Shown here: piece after piece, positions 27,354-34,864 of the stretch
Position numbering within the stretch: the stretch's first letter is position 1
How the letters are laid out: every line of letters starts with the position of its first letter
Assembly (NCBI GenBank): GCA_964490075.1
Contig: CAZBBK010000058.1
Location: 1 to 38,932, forward strand
Direction: 5' to 3'
Length of the DNA stretch: 38,932 nt
Source: an uncultured Gemmatimonadota bacterium
GTDB lineage: Bacteria > GCA-2686955
The notes under the pieces: model-generated
What the model saw: only the letters and a program-made list of their open reading frames with translations
Database searches by the model: none
What the model was told of the DNA's origin: nothing
Position numbers and translations under genes: made by a program

Positions 27354-28973
27354 CTACTTGATGAGCAGCATTCTCCTGGTCAGCACCCGCTCCCCTGCCT
27401 CCAGCCGATACAGGTAGATCCCCGAAGGCTGAGCCTGGCCCGCCGCGTCGCGCCCGTCCCAGGTGACCGAATGCGATCCGGCGCTCAGCGATCCGCGCAC
27501 CAGCTCACGCACCAGGCGACCGCTCGAGTCGAACACCTTGAGCGTCACCTCGGCCGCCCCTTCGTCGACCGCGAAGTCGATGCGGGTGCGCGGATTGAAA
27601 GGATTGGGCGAGTTCTGCTCGAGACCCAGGGAGACGGCCGGCGCGTAGGGCGCGTCGCCCTGGATCGACACACAGGTGGTCTGGCTCTGGACCGTCTTGG
27701 TCACGTGGTTCAGGTAGCGGCGCCCGTAGTGGCCGCCGATGCTGGTCTGGGGCTCGCCTCCGTCGAGACGGAAGTTCCAGGCCAGAATGGAGAAGCTCGC
27801 GGGCGGGATCTTCTTGATCCAGGTGCCGAACTCCCCCCACTTCTCCATGTCTCCGGTATCGGGCCAGGGGGCCGTGGGACAGTCGTCGCAGTAGTAGGCG
27901 TGGGCGCTCACGTTGCCGCCCAGGTCGAGGATCGGCTGCACCGATTGAATGAAGATCATGCGCCCGTAGGTGTCGCTGGCCCACTCGTAGAACAGGGCCG
28001 GATCATCGGGATCGGTGTCTTGCTCTCCGCCGCCGTCCACCTGATCCGAGAAGGTCGCGTCGGCCTCGGGATCGGGTCCGCGGTTGTCGTGATACCAGAA
28101 GTCGCCGGTGGTTCCGGCGTCGTGGTTCAGGTCCTCCAGCCAGACGATCGCCCGCAGCTCCGGCCAGATGATCTGGTTGACGTCGTTGTCGACCGTGGTC
28201 ATCTGCGGATAGAAGGTCACGGTGGCGTGCGTGAGGTCGAGCAGCTCCCCCAGAGAGACCCAGAAGCTGTTGATGATGCGGATGTTGCCATCCTTGATAT
28301 TCCACCGCTCGGGGTCGATCTCGCTGTCGTCCTCGGTATCCCAGCTGCTGAAGCTGAGCAGCTTGGTGCGCAGCTTGAGCCGGTCCATCGAGTCCTCTCC
28401 GTTGCCGCGGTCTGGGAACACGATCATGCCGGTCTGGGTGGCCGGGCCGTCCTCCTTGAAATCCTCTTCGTAGTAAGGGGTGCGCAGGCGCAGGGGGTTC
28501 TCGGTGAGCACCTCCACGTAGTCGGCGCTGGAGCCGGGCACGCCCGAGCCGGTGAAGAAATAGGCCCAGCTCTTCTCGCCGGGGTTCAGCGGATCCTCGA
28601 CCTCGATCTCCCAGCGCACCGTGTCGCCGCCGGCGGCCCAGATGTCGCAGTCGACGCGGTCTCCGGCATCCTCCAGCACGAAGACGATCTCGTCGTTGGG
28701 ATCGAAGTTGCCCGGATCCTCGTCGGTGCCGAAGTAGCCGCCGTTCGGTCCGACTTCGTCGACCTGGTGGGGGATGGGAGAGAAGGCGCCCTCGTTCCAG
28801 GAGTAGAGAGTCAGCGCGTCGACCGGCAGGCCGTCGATACCGGCCAGCTCGCCGGCGATGAGCTCGACGAACTCCTCCTGGCGATCGAGCGTTGCGTCTT
28901 CGAGCACACCGTCGGCGAGGGCCGGACCCGCCGCGAGCAGCGAGATTGCGATTCGGAAGTGGCAGGGGTTCAT
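27354..28973 (-). CDS. Acidic secreted protein of unknown function with FlgD-Ig/T9SS-type C-terminal domain
   Basis: Signal peptide; QNSPNPFNPRTRI...SGIYLYRL...RRMLLIK tail; Asp/Glu-rich body. Confidence 0.82.
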   Translation of the reverse strand: MNPCHFRIAISLLAAGPALADGVLEDATLDRQEEFVELIAGELAGIDGLPVDALTLYSWNEGAFSPIPHQVDEVGPNGGYFGTDEDPGNFDPNDEIVFVLEDAGDRVDCDIWAAGGDTVRWEIEVEDPLNPGEKSWAYFFTGSGVPGSSADYVEVLTENPLRLRTPYYEEDFKEDGPATQTGMIVFPDRGNGEDSMDRLKLRTKLLSFSSWDTEDDSEIDPERWNIKDGNIRIINSFWVSLGELLDLTHATVTFYPQMTTVDNDVNQIIWPELRAIVWLEDLNHDAGTTGDFWYHDNRGPDPEADATFSDQVDGGGEQDTDPDDPALFYEWASDTYGRMIFIQSVQPILDLGGNVSAHAYYCDDCPTAPWPDTGDMEKWGEFGTWIKKIPPASFSILAWNFRLDGGEPQTSIGGHYGRRYLNHVTKTVQSQTTCVSIQGDAPYAPAVSLGLEQNSPNPFNPRTRIDFAVDEGAAEVTLKVFDSSGRLVRELVRGSLSAGSHSVTWDGRDAAGQAQPSGIYLYRLEAGERVLTRRMLLIK

Positions 28974-29110
28974 CTTCGAACGCGCCTTTCTGGGGCTGGG
29001 GATCTGGGTTCGCGCGGGGAGGCCTTTCCCGCTAGCCTCTCCGGTCCGCCATCGGTCGTGGGAGAATATCCGGCCCTCCGCGCCACGGGAAGGCTCTTCG
29101 AAGGAACCAA

Positions 29111-29833
29111 ATGAGCGAGCTGATCTACCGCACCCGCGCCGATCTCTACGATCGCATCTACCACTGGAAGGACTATACCGGCGAGTCGGAGCGGCTCCGC
29201 GATCTCGTGGCCGAAGAGGGGATCGAGGAGGGATCGGCGGTGCTCGAGGCGGCGTGCGGCACTGGCCTCTACCTCGAGCAGCTCGGGCGCTGGTTCCGGA
29301 TGAGCGGTTTCGACCTGCACCCTCCGATGCTGCACCAGGCGCGGCGCCGGCTGCCCTCCACGCCGCTCTTCGCGGCCGACATGCGTCGCTTTCGCCTGGC
29401 CCGTCCGGTCGATGCGCTGCTCTGCCTCTTCTCGTCGATCGGCTATCTGGCGACCGACGAGGACCTGGAAGGGGCCGCGGCCTGCTTCGCCGCGGCGCTG
29501 CGTCCCGGCGGCCTGCTGGTGGTGGAGCCGTGGATCGCGCGCGAGCAGTACGACCCCGGGCGCCCGAGCATGCACACCTATCAGGACGACGACCTGAAGC
29601 TCTGCCGGTCGGTGGTGGCGGCCCAGGAAGGCGACCGGGCGGTGCTCGAGATGAACTGGCTGGTCGCCGCCCGCGACCGGCCGGTCGAGCATTTCGTCGA
29701 GCGCCATGAGATGCGCTTCGTGCCGATCGAAGAGATGCTGGCGCTGCTCGGGCGGAGCGGATTCGATGCCCGCTTCGAGGAGCGGGGCCTGATGCCGGGG
29801 CGTGGGCTCTTCGTGGCCCGGCGCCGACCCTGA
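29111..29833 (+). CDS. Class I SAM-dependent methyltransferase (DesVI/TylM1-like fold)
   Basis: YDRIY..KDY, LEAACGTG, ADMR, CLFSSIGY, LRPGGLLVVEPW; AAGGA upstream. Confidence 0.9.
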   Translation: MSELIYRTRADLYDRIYHWKDYTGESERLRDLVAEEGIEEGSAVLEAACGTGLYLEQLGRWFRMSGFDLHPPMLHQARRRLPSTPLFAADMRRFRLARPVDALLCLFSSIGYLATDEDLEGAAACFAAALRPGGLLVVEPWIAREQYDPGRPSMHTYQDDDLKLCRSVVAAQEGDRAVLEMNWLVAARDRPVEHFVERHEMRFVPIEEMLALLGRSGFDARFEERGLMPGRGLFVARRRP

Positions 29834-29835
29834 AT

Positions 29836-30573
29836 CTATCCCCAGCGCTCCCAGGGCGGCGAGATGCCGTCCCCGCCCGAGTCGATGCCCAGCGCGGCGC
29901 CCAGCGCCCGGCGACCCCGCACGCGATCGGAGTGGTAGTGCTGCTCCAGCGGACTGTGGGCGTGCTCGGCGCCGATCGGACAGGCGCGGCGTGAGAAACA
30001 GCCCCGCAGGCAGTCGTCCGACTCCCGGTGGTAGGCCGCGCAACGCGCCACGTCCCAGCCCCGGCGGGTCGGCGCCGCCACCGGGCAGACCGACTCGCAA
30101 GGCGCGTCGCAGTCCTCGCAGGGGCCAGGCGCCGGCAGAGGCGGAGCCGGGTCGAGCGACTCGGTTGTGAAGCAGGCCGCCCGCAGACCGAGCCAGGGCC
30201 CGTAGTCGGGGTTCAGGACCAACCCCAGACGGCTGGTCCAGCCCAGACCGGCCGCCATCGCCAGCGGACGAAAGTCGACGAAGATCGGCTCGTCGGCGGC
30301 GCAGCGGATCCAACGCCGGGAAGGGCCCGGGTGCGGATCGACGCTCTCGATCTCGCGGCGCACGAAGGCATCGAGCGGGTGCAGCTCGTTCCTCAGGTGC
30401 TCCGGATTGCGCCGCAAGTCCTCGAGCAACGCATCCCACAAGGCGCGACCGCCCGATCCGAAGACCAGCACCGAGCGGCAGCCCGGCAGAATCGCCGAGA
30501 ATTCGCGACCGCCGGCCACCGCGTGGACATTCAGTCCCCGCGCGGCGAGCGCCGCAGTGATTCCTGAAATCAT
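29836..30573 (-). CDS. QueG/MMACHC-like Fe-S protein (possible cobalamin-binding ferredoxin-like)
   Basis: HPLD, AGLGWTSRLGLVLNPDYGPWLGLRA, CEDCDAPCESVCP, CLRGC..RRACP. Confidence 0.72.
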   Translation of the reverse strand: MISGITAALAARGLNVHAVAGGREFSAILPGCRSVLVFGSGGRALWDALLEDLRRNPEHLRNELHPLDAFVRREIESVDPHPGPSRRWIRCAADEPIFVDFRPLAMAAGLGWTSRLGLVLNPDYGPWLGLRAACFTTESLDPAPPLPAPGPCEDCDAPCESVCPVAAPTRRGWDVARCAAYHRESDDCLRGCFSRRACPIGAEHAHSPLEQHYHSDRVRGRRALGAALGIDSGGDGISPPWERWG

Positions 30574-30637
30574 GGGTCCTCTCGACCGTGGTGGCTCCCC
30601 CACGATACACCCTGATTCTCCGGCCCCTGGGGGCGGA

Positions 30638-31561
30638 TCACTCCCGGGCGGGGAGGATCCGCCGTGCCTCGGCCTCGACGAAGACCTTTTTGGCGCGCGG
30701 CCAGGCGCTCTTGATCGCGGCGTCCAGGCGGCCGATCTCGCGTTCCATCTCGTCGGCCGTGATCGAGTCGCGGAAGTCGACGCTCAAGTTGACCAGGATG
30801 AACTCCGGCCCCATGTGCAGCGTGAGCGCCTCGTTCACGTGCTCGATCAGCTCTCGTTCCCGGGCGATCGCCCGAATCCCCTCCACCACTTCGGGCTGGG
30901 CGCTCTCGCCGATGAGCAGCCCCTTGGTTTCGTAGGCCAGCCAGATCGCCGTGACGCCGAGGATGAGCCCGATCACCACCGACGCGGCGCCGTCCCAGTA
31001 GGGCGAGCCGGTCAGCTGCCCGAGCCAGACACCGAAAAAGGCGACCCCGAGCCCCAACAGGGCGGCGGAATCCTCGAAGAGCACGACGAAGAGACTGGGG
31101 TCCTTGCCCCGCCGCACGGCCTGAAACCAACTCCATGGCCCCTGGACCCGCCTGAACTCGCGCCATGCCATGAACCAGGCCGCCCCCTCGAAAAGCGTCG
31201 CCAAGCCCAGGACCACGTAATTGACGGCGGGATTCTCGACCGGATGCGGGTGAAGCAGATGTTGTGCTCCCTCGTAGAGCGACACTCCGGCGCCCACCGC
31301 GAAGATCAGGATGGCGACCAGGAAGCTCCAGAAATAGACCTCCTTGCCGTGACCGAAGGGATGACGCGCATCCGGGGCCCGGGCGGCGCGCTGGAGTCCC
31401 AGCAGCAGCAGGCCCTGATTGGCGGTGTCGACGACCGAGTGAACCGCCTCGGAGAGCATCGCCGAGCTGCCGGTGAGGGCGGCCGCGGCCCCCTTGGTGA
31501 TCGCGATCGCGAAATTGCCGGCCAAAGCCGCGAAGATGACGGTTCGGGATCCACTGGCCAT
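30638..31561 (-). CDS. Cation diffusion facilitator (CDF) family metal transporter
   Basis: TGSSAMLSEAVHSVVD, HPFGHGKE, FEDSAA, LLIGESA; ATG 31561. Confidence 0.93.
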   Translation of the reverse strand: MASGSRTVIFAALAGNFAIAITKGAAAALTGSSAMLSEAVHSVVDTANQGLLLLGLQRAARAPDARHPFGHGKEVYFWSFLVAILIFAVGAGVSLYEGAQHLLHPHPVENPAVNYVVLGLATLFEGAAWFMAWREFRRVQGPWSWFQAVRRGKDPSLFVVLFEDSAALLGLGVAFFGVWLGQLTGSPYWDGAASVVIGLILGVTAIWLAYETKGLLIGESAQPEVVEGIRAIARERELIEHVNEALTLHMGPEFILVNLSVDFRDSITADEMEREIGRLDAAIKSAWPRAKKVFVEAEARRILPARE

Positions 31562-31748
31562 GGGCGCGCTCCCCCCCCGGGCGGAGTCATGGGACGTCGG
31601 GTGTCGGTCGGCGAAAGACCTAGCATCCCTCGCGAGGGGTGACAAAGAAAAGGCCCCCGCGCGCGACCTCGCGCGGCGTCGATCGAGAGCGATCCCTATA
31701 CTCGGCATGCCTCCCCCGGTCTCGCCCTTCCCCCTGAAAAGGAGTCTC

Positions 31749-33071
31749 GTGGACTCGGATCCCGTCCCTCCCGAGCGGCTGCCGCGTGTGCTCGGGATCC
31801 TCTTCCTGGCCCTCGCCCTGGCCCTCAACCCGTGGAGCGTCGCGTCGTGGCTGAGCGCCGACGGCTCGCTGGACGGCGCGGGGGCGCGGGTGATCGTCTG
31901 GGGCCAGTGCCTGGTGCTCGCGGCCGTGGGACTGCTCCTGCTGCGGCGCGGAAGGCGCGCGCTCCTCGGCCTGCTGGCGGCGGCGCTGGCGGCGGCGGCG
32001 GGGCTGGGCGTGGCAGAGATCGGCTTCCGCCTGGTCGATCCCTTCCCCTATATCAGCTGGCACGAGGAGCGGCGCATCGCCGACCGCAATCCCAACGCCT
32101 CGCAGTACGATCCCGAGATCGGCTGGGTCGGGACACCGGGCATCGAGATCGAGTTCGCGACCCGTCACTCGCGCACCACGGTGCGTCACAACGCCCAGGG
32201 ATTCCGCGACATCGAGGCGAGCATGCGCTCGGCCGAGAAGCCGGCGCTGGTCTTTCTGGGTGACTCCTTCACCTGGGGCTTCGAGGTCGAGTTCGACGAG
32301 ATGTTCGTCCAGCTCCTGCGCGACGACTTCCCGGAGCACGAGGTCTTCAATCTCGGCCATCGCGCCTACGGCACCGACCAGGCGCTCTTGACCTTTCGCC
32401 GCTGGCGGAGCGAAAGACCGCTGGCGCGCGTTGTTCTGCTCTTCTGCGAAAACGACCTGGCCGACAACGCCGGCTACCTGCGCTGGCAACGGCCGAAGCC
32501 CTACTTCGAGCCGGTCGACGGTCGCCTGGAGCTGCGCAACGTGCCGGTGCCGCCGAGCGACTGGGCCGAACGCCCCGCCACCTTCGAAGCTTCGCCGAGC
32601 CCGCTGGAACGATTCGCGGCGCTCGCCTACCGCTCCCACCTGGTGCACGATGTCTGCTTTCGGCTGAGCACCACCGGCATCATCCGCTGGGATCTGGAGC
32701 CATCGCGACAGGTCGGCGGAGAGGCGAGCCGTCCAGCACACCTGGCGGTCGAGGGCATCGACCCCCTCGGGCTGGCCGAGGCGCTGATCGCCGAGCTCGC
32801 CTGGAGCGCCGCCGAACGCGGGGCGCCCTTGAGCGTGGTCGCCATCCCCCACAAGGCGCAGTTCGAACCCGGCAGCGGCTACAGGCCCTACCAGGAGCGG
32901 CTGAAACCGGGCTGCCGCGCGGCCGGAGCCGACTACCTCGACCTGGCCCCGGCTTTCGCGCAGACGCGGTTGCGCACCTACTTCCGCACCGGCATGCACT
33001 GGAACCCCCGCGGCCACCGGGTGGCGGCCGAGGCGCTGACCGGCCACTTGCGAGCGGTCCTGGCGCGCTGA
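31749..33071 (+). CDS. Membrane-anchored SGNH/GDSL hydrolase (AlgX/AlgJ-like)
   Basis: TM helices then NAQGFRD, LGDSFTWG, YGTDQ, END, HWNPRGH; GTG 31749 preceded by AAGGAG. Confidence 0.82.
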   Translation: MDSDPVPPERLPRVLGILFLALALALNPWSVASWLSADGSLDGAGARVIVWGQCLVLAAVGLLLLRRGRRALLGLLAAALAAAAGLGVAEIGFRLVDPFPYISWHEERRIADRNPNASQYDPEIGWVGTPGIEIEFATRHSRTTVRHNAQGFRDIEASMRSAEKPALVFLGDSFTWGFEVEFDEMFVQLLRDDFPEHEVFNLGHRAYGTDQALLTFRRWRSERPLARVVLLFCENDLADNAGYLRWQRPKPYFEPVDGRLELRNVPVPPSDWAERPATFEASPSPLERFAALAYRSHLVHDVCFRLSTTGIIRWDLEPSRQVGGEASRPAHLAVEGIDPLGLAEALIAELAWSAAERGAPLSVVAIPHKAQFEPGSGYRPYQERLKPGCRAAGADYLDLAPAFAQTRLRTYFRTGMHWNPRGHRVAAEALTGHLRAVLAR

Positions 33072-33308
33072 TCAACGCCGCCGCGTGACCCCCGGCAGAG
33101 TGGCCAGAGCGTCGTCCAACGAGTCGCCCGCCGGGCGTCGGCTCAGCTCGGAATCGTCCAGCATCCGCTCGGTTCCGGTCTCGTCGCGCGGGTTGACCGC
33201 CTGCGGCTCGGGCAGCTCCAGCGTCGTCCCGGGATCGGGGATGGACGCGCAGCCAAAGAGCGAAATCGCTGCCACGAGGGCAGCCATCCTCCGGCGCCGC
33301 CCGATCAT
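33072..33308 (-). CDS. Small lipoprotein (78 aa)
   Basis: MIGRRRRMAALVAAISLFGC lipobox; ATGA overlap with the GT2 stop; its stop abuts the convergent SGNH stop (TGATCA). Confidence 0.6.
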   Translation of the reverse strand: MIGRRRRMAALVAAISLFGCASIPDPGTTLELPEPQAVNPRDETGTERMLDDSELSRRPAGDSLDDALATLPGVTRRR

Positions 33309-34342
33309 CGCAGTGCCCGCAGCGGAACCACCCGCGTCCCTTCGGCGTCGAGCGCCCGCTGGCTGCTCCCCTGCCCGAGCTCGCGCCGCCGGCTCTCCAG
33401 GCGCACCTCTTCCACCAGCCGCATGTTGGCACCGGCCACCTCTGCGATCGCCGCCGCCGCCACCGCCAGGAGCGCCATCAGCGAGGCTCCCAGGGCCGCC
33501 ACCGGCTCGAACCAGATCACCAGCGCGCCGGCGCCGGCCAGCGCGGCGGCGAGCACCAGGCAGACCGTCGCCGCGTGGTAGCGCAGGTAGGAACGCGCGA
33601 TGGTGGCGGCCGATCGCAGGACGTAGCCGGGAAGGGTTCGATAGAGACGCGAGGGACGCCGCGTGGCCCGGCTGCGGACCGGCACCGACACCACCCGCAT
33701 GCCGCTCCATCCGGCGTGGATCAACGATTCCAGCGTGTAGCTGAACTGGGAATCGACCCGCACCCGCAGCGCGGCCTCGCGGCTGTAGGCGCGAAAGCCG
33801 CTCGCCGCGTCGTGCACTTCGGTGCCCGAGGCGCGCCGCACCACCCAGCTCCCGGCCAGAGAGAGCCAGCGCTTGCGGCGCGGCCAGCGCGCCAGCGAGC
33901 CGACGCGCCGATCGCCCACCACCATCTCGGCGCGCCCCTTGAGGATCGGCTCCACCAGAGAACGGATATCGGCCCCGAAATACTGGCCGTCCGCGTCGGT
34001 CTGCACGATGAGATCGGCGCCGGCCTTGAGCGCGGCCTCGAGCCCGGCACTGAAGGCCTTGGCCAGTCCCCGGTTGCGGGAATGGCGCACGATCCACTGG
34101 GCGCCGCTGCGACGCGCCGCATCGGAGGTGCCGTCGCCGCTGCCATCGTCGATGACCAGGACTTCGACGTTTCCGACTCCCGGCAGCGAAGCCGGCAGAT
34201 CGGCCAGCGTGCTGCCGATGGTTGCCGCCTCGTTGAAGCAGGGCACCTGAATCACCAGCTTCTGGCGCGCCGCGGGGGTGGGCTTCGATGCGCCCCCGGC
34301 CGCGGCGCCGCGTTCGTCGATCGGTGCAGGCGTGGGATTCAT
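33305..34342 (-). CDS. Glycosyltransferase family 2 (DPM1/polyprenol-phosphate GT-like) with C-terminal TM helices
   Basis: VPCFNE, VIDDGSGDGT, NRGLAKAF, TDADGQY, DAASGFRAYSRE. Confidence 0.92.
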   Translation of the reverse strand: MNPTPAPIDERGAAAGGASKPTPAARQKLVIQVPCFNEAATIGSTLADLPASLPGVGNVEVLVIDDGSGDGTSDAARRSGAQWIVRHSRNRGLAKAFSAGLEAALKAGADLIVQTDADGQYFGADIRSLVEPILKGRAEMVVGDRRVGSLARWPRRKRWLSLAGSWVVRRASGTEVHDAASGFRAYSREAALRVRVDSQFSYTLESLIHAGWSGMRVVSVPVRSRATRRPSRLYRTLPGYVLRSAATIARSYLRYHAATVCLVLAAALAGAGALVIWFEPVAALGASLMALLAVAAAAIAEVAGANMRLVEEVRLESRRRELGQGSSQRALDAEGTRVVPLRALR

Positions 34343-34610
34343 GGCGGCTGCCCGGCATTCGCCGGGTGTTCATGATCTCACATGCGGGGCGGGTGGTGGG
34401 GGGATACGGGATGGGGCAGGTGGCCGGGAGCGGTGGGCGGTGCCGGGGATCCTCCGTCCCGGGGCGCCGAAGGAACGCCCGTCGACGGATCTACATGAAG
34501 GCGGGGCTGTGCGGCAGGAGGAGCGACGGCGGTGGCGGATGCGGGTGGGCGTCTACATCCGCGTAGGGAGCCGCTATGTCGAAACGCCGGACGGCGGTCA
34601 TTTCGAGCGA

Positions 34611-34726
34611 CTGAGTAGCCTCAGGAGGGAGTCTGGCCCACTGAGCGGTCATTTCTCGGGCCTGAGCTCGGTCAGGCGGTGGTTCCGGCCGCTTTTCGAC
34701 CGTTTTGCGCTCCTGAGTCTGCTCAG
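34611..34726 (-). repeat. Dispersed intergenic element copy 2 (inverted): three CTGAG-N4-(C/G)TCAG dyads at 51-bp period
   Basis: Dyads at 34611-34624, 34662-34675, 34713-34726; reverse complement aligns without gaps to 25840-25955. Confidence 0.85.
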
Positions 34727-34780
34727 AAGCTCGACTGGTGGTGGCCGTGGCGTGGTCGGCCACCCGGCCCGCTCCTCTCC

Positions 34781-34806
34781 GTCATTCCGGCGAAAGCCGG
34801 AATCCA
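34781..34806. repeat. REP-type palindrome GTCATTCCGGCGAAAGCCGGAATCCA
   Basis: ATTCCGGC-GAAA-GCCGGAAT stem-loop with GTC head and CCA tail; resembles the widespread GTCATTCC..GGAATCCA extragenic palindromes. Confidence 0.75.
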
Positions 34807-34864
34807 CGCCTGCACGAGTGCACGATCCGCGGATCTCCGCTCCGCTCCGACACAGCAGAGCCCA

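Noticed and set aside
25812-34760. Tn7/Mu-like transposon bounded by the inverted elements
   Set aside because: No symmetric TG...CA termini, target duplication or transposase seen; the TGT at 25812 lies inside the cobW-like gene with no partner at the other end.
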